Assembly: GCA_002633005.1 (NCBI GenBank)
Contig: NMRA01000243.1
Coordinates: 399,718 to 463,717, forward strand
DNA length: 64,000 nucleotides
From: Phoronis australis
Taxonomy: Eukaryota > Animalia > Phoronida
Direction: 5' to 3'
In this document: in pieces, positions 28,308 to 38,500 of the stretch
Layout of the letters: each line of letters opens with the position of its first letter
How positions within the stretch are numbered: position 1 is the stretch's first letter
Made by a program: the position numbers and the translations under genes
Notes under the pieces: generated by a model
Told to the model about the DNA's origin: nothing
What the model saw: the letters and a program-made list of their open reading frames with translations, nothing else
The model's database searches: none

Positions 28308-29407
28308 GCTGCCAAACTGTCACGCACCTGTCAAGCCATCAAGGATGACACTGACCTTGTTGCTATAGTGACGTCATAACTTTCTGAATTGTGATTGGTT
28401 AGAATAGAGCTTGTCTTCTGGTAATCGCGAAACTGTCTTCATCCCACTGAACGCTAGCATCTTTGGATTCCTGCCAAATCTGTTTGCTGGTTCAGCTATA
28501 TTTGTTTTGAAGAATTTCTCTGACCAAAAAATAAACCTTTTTTGAATTTGGCATTTTATTAGTGTCTGCAGACAATGCTTGTCAAGGAAAGAGACATTTT
28601 TTGTTTCCATCATGATTTCAAATGTTTCGGAGAACTTGTGTATATTTTACTGAACGTTCATGTTTGGAAACTTTTACATTAGAAAAAGAATTAACAGTAA
28701 CACAACTTAATTTATTGGATTTTATGTGTAGAGATGACTTGTGAATGACATCTATTTCAAATTTGTCGCTAATTACATAGGCATGCCTTGTCTTGATGAT
28801 TCTGAACGGTTCGAATCACAGGCGACTCCACTTGCTACATCTATTTGAAAATCCGATATTACTACATGACCTATTTTTATTCTGCAAAGATAGGAACTGG
28901 AACAACTGGAACCAGTTGGGTCCATTTTAATTGGGGGTGGCTAGAACTCGTATCTGCCATCATTATTGCACGACAAGTTAACATTGAACAGATTCAAAAT
29001 TGGTGACATTAGACAACGGGTGCGAATTGCATTTGCAAGTTTCCTCTTCACGCTTACAATCTCTCCGATAAAAGACCAGGCACAACAAACAAGTCTTCAC
29101 AGTTCACTGTCTTTGTTTGCTGGGTTAGTTGACCCATTTCAAATTGCCGATACAGATTCCTCCCTACCAAATCAGCTGTTTTAGGATTTGCGTAAAAGAG
29201 GAATACGAATTTTTCTTTTCAGAGTATATTTCAACATTCAAAGTATTCGTGTCAGTTGGATTATATTGCATTTTCGTGTATTATGTAAACCAACAGTTAT
29301 AATTCGGAAATTTAGAGATGCAGCAACAAGGATTAGTGTAGCACCTAAAGTTTTGCTAAAGGTCAGATGTCAAAAAGTCGTGTTTTATAGATACCTTGTA
29401 AACAAAC
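28308..29407. promoter_or_regulatory. Divergent (bidirectional) promoter region between SSDP and ATG10
   Basis: Start codons face away from each other 1.1 kb apart. Contains an X-box GTTGCTATAGTGAC (28359-28372), CRE TGACGTCA (28369-28376), ATTGG/CCAAT (28394-28398), and a YY1-like AACATGGCCGCC at the ATG10 start. Confidence 0.75.
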
Positions 29408-29518
29408 ATGGCCGCCTCCGGTGTTTGGATTACTTGGGACAAGTTCGTCCAGTTCATCAATTCATTTGCCGATAAATCCGACAAATTAAAGGACGGATGG
29501 CAAGAACACGTGGTTGAG
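29408..29518 (+). CDS. ATG10: ATG10 exon 1 (MAASGVWITWDKFVQFINSFADKSDKLKDGWQEHVVE)
   Basis: aaacATGG context, 111 nt, GAG|gtatgt donor; F...F...S...D-G-W pattern of the ATG10 N-terminus. Confidence 0.9.
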
Positions 29519-32500
29519 GTATGTATTATTCAAATGGATTCTTTTTACAGTGACAAAAAATGGAAAACAAAGACGATGAATACCTGACGGCAAGTTCACC
29601 CGTGCGTGAGAGTTCTACTCGTCTCGAGTCGAGGTGAGAGTTCATCAGATCGTGGTTGTACACTTGACATGAAAGTGGAAGGAGTTTGTTGCTGTGAGGT
29701 GAAACAAGTAAACATCAATATTCCAAATTTCCTCCAATCGTATTTTCAACCATATTATTCATTGCAATGTTCAAGGAATTGCACGTACTTGGTGTTCATT
29801 GTAATTATTGATTGGGCTTTCTGTTTCCTTGACCACCACCTTGTCAATAATTGATGATTGACCTGGTACCCACTACAGGTAGTGCCAGCTTGACATTGAA
29901 AAACGATGTAATGGATGACATTGGACAATAAGTGATCATTTGAGATCAGATAACGATATCTTACATTATTTAGTTACCAATTTGTTGAACACATATGTTT
30001 TGAAATGTTTTGAATGCAGTTAACTTTGGTGCCATGCACCTAACGTGTTTATGCCTGGGTCATCCAAATTGTCCCATAAACCTGTGGTTGTGTAGTGATG
30101 CTCTTGGTTTGTTATGTTTCACCCGAACGTGCTTGTTTTATGCTAAAACATAAAACACCAAGTTTCAAAAATGTTCACTATTTGAGTTGCTTTGGTAGAT
30201 CCGAAGTTGACTGATTCTTCGAAACCAAAATTATTACTTTTTTATGATTTTGTAGGGAAAACCATTTTCGGTATTTCTGTCTAAGAAGGAGGTGATTCCA
30301 GCTGACAAATGGACAGCAGGACTTCATGATAGCGAAGATGATGTTGTGCCCACCATACAGGCTCATCATAATGATGATGATGATTTACAGGTGATTAACT
30401 TCAGACTATTATCTACCTATACACCAGAATGTTAAACCTTATGCAAGCTTGTGATACCAGAACTCCATGTTACTAATTTTGTGTAGGGGTTATTTATTTG
30501 TTTTCCATGAACCCAATCGGTTTCCAGCTGTCTTTGTTAGTAGCATTCACGCTTTTCACTGTGGATTGGTAGATGCAGGTTATTACCAACCCGTGGAAAT
30601 AGTTTTTGGTGCAACTATAGACTGAAGACAGGTTCGAGTTAATCACTTTATTAATGGTGACCATAAGTTCGCTAGTCTACTCAAACAAAATGTGCGAGTT
30701 AATGTCCGTTTATGCTCTACCCAGTGCTGGGAAGCCTTGACTTGTAATGAACTTTTGGGACATTTCCAGCATCTGTTACACCCGTTGATTCAATAACCTG
30801 TTCTCTCTATAGCTGGCTCTCTATTGAATAACACAGTAATTGCTGATTCTATTAATAATGCTATTGCATTGTAACTTTAACGCGACTCATCTGACTTTCA
30901 ACTGTCACTAACCTTGCCTGAGTATTTATTGTCTCTTATAGTATTTTGGAACTTTTCACCAATTCAAGCACATTCTAGAACTTCCAGGAATCTACCCAGT
31001 CATTCTACAAGCAAAAACTAAAACTAGGCTTTAGAATGTTCCAGACTATGGTTCTAGATTGATCACTAATAAACTGGAATCTTCTATATAATAGTTCTCT
31101 AGTATTCTAATGTAAACAAATCACATCATCATTTCCTGACCTCATGGGTCATGTCAATCAAGTGTTATCTGTTAGTAAACGAACAGAATGGTAGAATAAA
31201 ACCTCTTAAACTAAGACCAGTGTCAGTCTACTCCTGAAAGTAATCTCCAAAAATTCACCTGGCATTGAACATATGCAAACAAAACTGAAACTTGCTTAAA
31301 AATTATCTTGACCTTACCTAGCTGCATGTTTCATTACATACCCTGTGAAAATTGCATTGATCTTTGTTAAGATTCCTGGACAACAACTTTGGGCCCTGAA
31401 CCATGAATCAGACAGCTTAATTGTGTGTCTGTTTTTAAACAAATTTATAGAACTTTTCTGATTAATATTTTTGTTTGCATCAAGGCCTAAAAATTGGTGT
31501 TTTGTATGGTTTCTTCTTCTTCTTTTGATCGAAGAGAGTTTCACTTTCATTTCTGCAACCATTTTAATAGTGTGTTAAGTGATAAAGCTTTGGAACCTTC
31601 GAAATACGAAAAATTAATTTCTAAACATTTTCGAAAAAGTTTTCCTGATACAAAACTTTTCTTTTATATTTTTGTGAGCATTAATTTACAAGGTTTGTTC
31701 GAAACACGTGTACAATCGTTACAGCAAACGTCCTGAGACATATCGAAGTTGTTCGTTGTAACATAGGTTTGCTGTAACTGAATTAACTTTTTAGACAAAA
31801 TGAAAACCATAGAACTGTTTCCAACGGCATTTTTTGTATATAAAACCGTCCAACCGCGTTCCCGGCCTTATGATGCAAATCACGTGCTTGTGTGTCACGC
31901 GCTGTGCAAAACTATAAAATCGAGGAGTTTACACTTGATCAATTTTTAGACTTGCATGCACTGGTTCTCTGTAAAGTTGGGGAAGTTACCTACTGGGACA
32001 TTGAAATGGTACATTGTAACCATGTGAACGTTGTATTCATGTACGTTACAAACGAAGCATAGAAAGTTATTTTGCATTAGAGGGAAATGGTACTTCCGGA
32101 ATGGAATGTTATAAGCGAGCGAACTTTAAAAACAGGGTTTGTTGAAAGGCGATTCAAATGTACAAGGTAATGTTATAAAGAATTTTTGGCTTCGCTTAAG
32201 TTTTTAACAATTTGCTCTTTGACTTTTTTGCTGGTGATTCAAATGCCTGAATTGTGCAGGTCACACCTAGATCGGTCCCTTTGCAGAAGGTGCCTGATTT
32301 GAAACTAACGAGAACCTTCTTATGTATATAAGTAATTGTACTCTTCCTGAGAGAGGTTACAGAAGTCTGTAGCCATGTAGGCCGCATTCTTCTGCTCTAG
32401 ATGCTTGACATTTGAACCAAGTCACTGCCCCCTGGTGGTGTATGCAACCACAACTGCTGCCAGGTGTCTGGTCATCTCACTTAACCTTCAACCTGGAAGG

Positions 32501-35500
32501 CTTAGAGTAAATTTGGTCATTTCTCTTTCACTTCTGTTCATGGCAGTAAGGTCCAGTAATTCCACAGAGCAAATGTCTACAGCAGAAGTTGTTTCCACAC
32601 ACCAAAGGGGTGGTGATAAGTGTTCAGGCATAACTCTGCCAGTGTAGCCAGACTATATAACAATGTTTCATGCAAGCTGCATAATTTCACAACATTGACC
32701 CCAGTGTGATTCCACCCACCGGCGACTATGGTGCTGTTACTTAGCAGTATCACATTAGTTCATAAATTTCTTGTCATTTCAGGTCTGTGACCCCAGCATA
32801 ACTCCACCCACCAGTGACAATGAGGCGGTAACCAGAGAGTACCACATCCTCTACAGTCCCAGCTACTCTGTACCCGTCTTGATGTTTAACTGTTACAGAC
32901 AGGGTAAGTTTTAAAAACCATTCAATTCCAAAATTTGACAAATGAAAATCAGTTGGTGGATTTTTTACAAAGATATTCACAAGTATTGTCAAGGAATCTG
33001 ATATTAAAAGTTGAAAACGTGAAAAAGTGCGTACTTGGCATGTCCATGTGCCATTACTATTCATATGTTGTGATACAGTAAAATCTTACCAATTTATGGC
33101 ACATTATGGCCGACTAGTGAATTTTTTCATAAATGACAAGTAGCACTAAATAAACGCTATGCTGTAGCTGTCATCAAGCAATATATTAGACATTCTGGGT
33201 ATTCTCCGTAATGGTAAAATTCTTTGAGCTATGTACATTGCACTATTTCGGCTTTAGGTAAGATCTAACCAATTTAGGACAAATATAATTGTCAAAGTTG
33301 GACAAGACAAGGTGTTCAATACTTTGTGTAGGACCTTGTTGGCAAGTCTAAGCATTCAGCCAAATATCTACCAAACTGTGGAATGTAACTTACGGAAAGT
33401 TTAGTATTTATGTTCTGGAAACAAGAAGCTTGTAGAATTTTATTTTTGACTTTGTACCAATCTGTCGTTGATTGGGTCATGTGACTGTGTCTTTTTAGTA
33501 AAATTTAACACAAAAGAAACTATGGGTATTTTCATAGATTAAATCTCAAAAACATTTGTTACATTTTTAAGTGTTTTGTTTTCTTTTTATGCAACTTTTT
33601 AAAATTTTCATTGAAATCATATTTTTCATAAACTTTAATGTTTTAAGAACAATTCCTAAAACTATTTTAGATAAAAGTACATGAAACATAGATCTGAAGT
33701 TTCATGGGAATCTGACCAGCCATTTCTGGAATGTTATGTTTCAAAGTTTGCCAAAGTTAGTAAATTTTCTAGCCAGAGTTCTTTAATTTGAACTTTATTT
33801 AAGAACTACACAGTTGTCCACACTTGCAAACTGTTTGAGTTGATCGTGATGAAGGCGACAATGATTATAACGATAATCATAATGGAATAGATAATGATAA
33901 TGGAAACATTGATTTGTTTTTTATCAATTTAGTGTTCTTTCAACAATTGTTAAATTGTGCTGTAATGTTCACTAGCTGATCACGATCCATTCCACTGGTC
34001 CAATACACTGTGTCATATACGATAAGGTAAAAAACAAACATGCTGTGACATACATGGTAAAGGTGCATTTAAGAAAGTTGACTGAATGTCTTCTCTTCAC
34101 AAAATTTCAAGGCAAAAATTGAGAGGATTTTCAAATGATTTAGTGTTATTTCTTTCAATTTTCCTTCTGGGTTGTTACCGTAACTTTGGCAAAGCCAAAT
34201 GAATTTCGATGAAACAACGAACATTTTAGAAAAGTCCCATATCGTTCATTGTTATGCGGTTTGTACAAAGCATATCAAAACTACTGCAGCATAAATACAC
34301 ACAAATATGTAAAGTCACACTAGGTGATTTATGATGAAATAATTGCCAAAATTACCCTTTTTCAAGTGCTTCTAACATTGCTGCGAGTCCCCACCCACAA
34401 TTTTCAAAACATTGTCATAGCTATGGTACAAAAATTTGAACATTTAGAATGCATTTAATTTGGCGCTACATATGTTTCATAAAAATGAATTAAAATTTCA
34501 CTTGTCTGCCCTATCCTGTACTGAATTAGTTAACTCGTGCCATAAAACTTTGTTTGACACGCATTCCGTTGCAACACCTTACATTATTCACAGATGGCTC
34601 CCTTCTGCCTCTTCGTGATGTATGGCGGTCAGTCCCGGCCACTTACCAACAAAAATTGGCTGAAGAGAAATGGTCCCTCCTCAGTCAGGTGGAGCACCCC
34701 TTGCTGGGCCAGCCATTCTACCAACTACACCCGTGCAATACAGCTCACCTGATGGCTCAAGCTCCCTACAATGAAGATAGGTATGTGGAAAAGGGGTGTC
34801 GTATAAAAAACAATTCAATGAACGAATGCTGTGTCATATGGTCGAACGCTGAAAATGATAGTCGTTTCATTTTAAGCTTGAATGCACGCTGGTGCCACTC
34901 AAAATTTCTGGACTCTACTGTTGGAAGACCTTGAACAACCTTTCAATGCCGAAATTATTATTTGTTCGTTATAATAGACAGTAAAATAGATGGAAGAAAT
35001 TCCCGTCGTAATACGCTAACCGGAAGCTGAGCTTGCTATGTTTAGAGCCGGGTGGCGCCTCCTCTAGGATATTTCGCTAGAAAATGTCGGAGTTGCGAAT
35101 CTTTTAATCTATGGTTTTATTATGCTTCCACATATTTATATGTGGACGCATTATGCCGTCATCTCCGTCCGTCCGTCCGTCCGTCCGGGCGGCGTCCGCT
35201 GCTTTATCTCCAAAACCCTTTGACATACGTTCATGAAATTTGGCACATGTGTTCCATTCATGAATGGGACGGCATGTGCGAACTTTCGGACGGATCCAAC
35301 TACCCGTGTGCCCCCTAGTGGCAATTTTAGTTTTTTACACTTACCTTTGTATCTTCAAAAGTCCTGAACGGATTTTCATGAAATTTGGTATGTAGGCACC
35401 TATTAGTGAGATGACGCTATCCTGCCGTTTTCAGATGGATTCGACATAGTTTGCACCNNNNNNNNNNNNNNNNNNNNNNNNNNNNNNNNGCAACACCTTA

Positions 35501-38500
35501 CATTATTCACAGATGGCTCCCTTCTGCCTCTTCGTGATGTATGGCGGTCAGTCCCGGCCACTTACCAACAAAAATTGGCTGAAGAGAAATGGTCCCTCCT
35601 CAGTCAGGTGGAGCACCCCTTGCTGGGCCAGCCATTCTACCAACTACACCCGTGCAATACAGCTCACCTGATGGCTCAGGCTCCCTACAATGAAGATAGG
35701 TACGTGGAAAGGGGGTGTCATATAAAAAACAATTCAATGAACGAATGCTGTGTCTTATGATCGAACGCTGAAAATGATAGTCATTTCATTTTAAGCTCAA
35801 ATGCACGCTGGTGCCACTCAAAATTTCTGGACTCTACTGTTGGAAGACATTGAACAACCTTTCAATGCCGAAATTATTATTTGTTCGTTATAATAGACAA
35901 TAAAATAGATGGAAGAAGTTCCCGTCACAATACACTAACGGGAAGCTGAGCTTGCTATGTTTAGAGCCGGGTGGCGCCTCCTCCAGGATATTTCGCAAGA
36001 AAATGTCGGAGTTGCGAATCTTTTAATCTATGGTTTTACTAAGGGTTGTGAACTTGGCACCAGCTGTATGACAGTTGCCAGCATGGAATTGCAACATAAA
36101 GTTGATTTTATTTTTTATGAGAGCTCAACATTGCAACCGACGTAAACCTGGCAACCATATTTATACAAACCACCTGATGAATGGTGCACCAATGAAAATT
36201 CGTAATACAACCATCTCGGCAAAGTGTAAATTTCGACCTTTTGATAAACTGGTCCCTGATCCCATAGCCAGATCCCAGAACTATGTGACGTAAAAAATAC
36301 GAATCCCGTGGCCCAAGTCTGTGAATGCTGCAACCATAAGTCGGTTCATTTTGAGACCTCAAAAACGGCAAACCCGGCCTCCAAGTTCATTGTCTGTACT
36401 TTCTAATGCCTTGACCTTCTGTTGCTTGCAGACGATTGGCCATAAGGTTTGTGAGTCTGGGTTTAAGGTAGTAGGATGTATGTCGGATTGTTGAAAGGTA
36501 ATTCCCACTTCCAGAATTCAACACTCCTCTTTCGTGGAGACAGAAAGACGTTTTGAATATTGACCTAATTTTCAATAGTTAATGATGAGATGAGCCATTT
36601 ATCTTGCCCCACTCAACTTGTCACTGTTTCATCAGTATTACTACTCACTATGCAGCATTAAAACTTTGTTGGCATTAAAGTGACGAATGGTGAATCTGTT
36701 TTGTGTAAAATAATGATTCGGCTGGCAGCAGTTTGACGAGTGCCCTACTGAAGCACAGTATTGTGGGTAAATATTGCAGAACCAGAGAGGGCGCTGTGGT
36801 ATTACCTTTGTGAAGTCTTCGTGTTTCATCAAATTACTTTTTATCCATCCATTGTAAACCCTGAAAAGTATATTTTTTTCTGGGTCCTCTAAGACTGAAA
36901 AACCTTCAGTCATGTTTTGGAAAGTCGCAAAATCTGTAATAATCATAGGATCACCATTTTTGTGAGAAGTGCAGGTTTTTGCTTTGGGTATGAATTAAGC
37001 TTAAACAACATGTGTACATTTTATGGTCTGTAGGTAAATAAGCGTGGATCAAACAGAAGACATATAAAAGACCATTTCTAAAGCACCGTACCAAGCCTTC
37101 ATTTTTGATGGCTGTTATCTCCATTGTTTGAAGTTTACTCAAGAATCTGGGACGCACTTAATTCCCTTGGCAAACGATCATATAATAATCTCATGCTGTA
37201 ACTATCTAATGCTGAACAGGGATCGATGTTCAAAACTACCAAACATGTTAAGAATCAAAGTTGCATTGTTTTGCTAGCTAAAAATCAAATTAGGTCTCAC
37301 ACTCACTGAGATAGGATTCCATTTCCATTACTAGCTAGAACACCGAGACCGTAAACAGCTTAAGAAAATGCTCCAACATTTTTTGGGGTTAGCCAATCTT
37401 AAAATTGCAAATTCCAAAATGGTGCATGAATGCAGTGCCAGTGACTGGGTGGCAGCAATGTAATCCTATCAGAAGGAGTATTATGAGACTGATTTTATGG
37501 GAGTAAAAAGCCTAACTCAATTTTTTTGGTCAGCTAAACAGGGCAAAATGCATCTTTAAAAACGGTTGATAAAGATTTAATAAGTAGCTGAAGTTAATCT
37601 AAGTCATCCAAACCTACTATCAAAATGGTAAAAATTCTCCCATTGTGAAAATTCAATTATTTTTCTCAAGGTCCAAGCTTTTACCAAATTTTAGAAGTAG
37701 GCAGTACTGGTTGGTTGCCCAAATTCAAGAATTGCAATCAACGACAAACGATCATTCACATATATGTTACACACAATGGGGTTTCATGGGAATGTTGCTT
37801 CAGTGGCTATTTTCCAAGATTTCATCATCAAACAAGTCTATTATCACAATCTCTGTTGATACAAACCCAGCTGTGTCTGATATTTGAGAAGTATGAATAC
37901 CAAAATCTCACATGTCCCAGTTTTCAGAATCAAGAAAATTCGAGTTTGCTTTGAGTTTCGGTGTCCCCAAGTTTAGCGACTGTACCATGCTGAAGAATTT
38001 TTACCATAGCCTTTTTGGCACATTTTATGTATTAGAAATTTTACAGGAACCAATAAGAATAGAAATCAAATTTTATGCAACATTGTGAATATTGCATTTT
38101 TGAATTAAATTACACAAAAATTGACGATACCTTAAACTAGTGCAGGTGATTTCCTCATATGAAGTACAGTATACTGTATAAAGAACTGGTTAAGAAGGGA
38201 TGTTCAATAACAACGAAATGAAAAACCAAATGCAATCATTATGGGAAGNTTGTGGGCGCATTTCAACGCTCAGCGTTGCTCTTGTTGGGGTTAGCCAATC
38301 CTAAAATTGCAAATTCCAAAATGGTGCATGAATGCAGTGCCAGTGACTGGGTGGCAGGAATGTAATCTTATCAGAAGGAGTATTATGAGACTGATTTTAT
38401 GGGAGTAAAAAGCCTAACTCAATTTTTTTGGTCAGCTAAACAGGGCAAAATGCATCTTTAAAAACGGTCGATAAAGATTTACCAAGGAGCTGAAGTTAAT

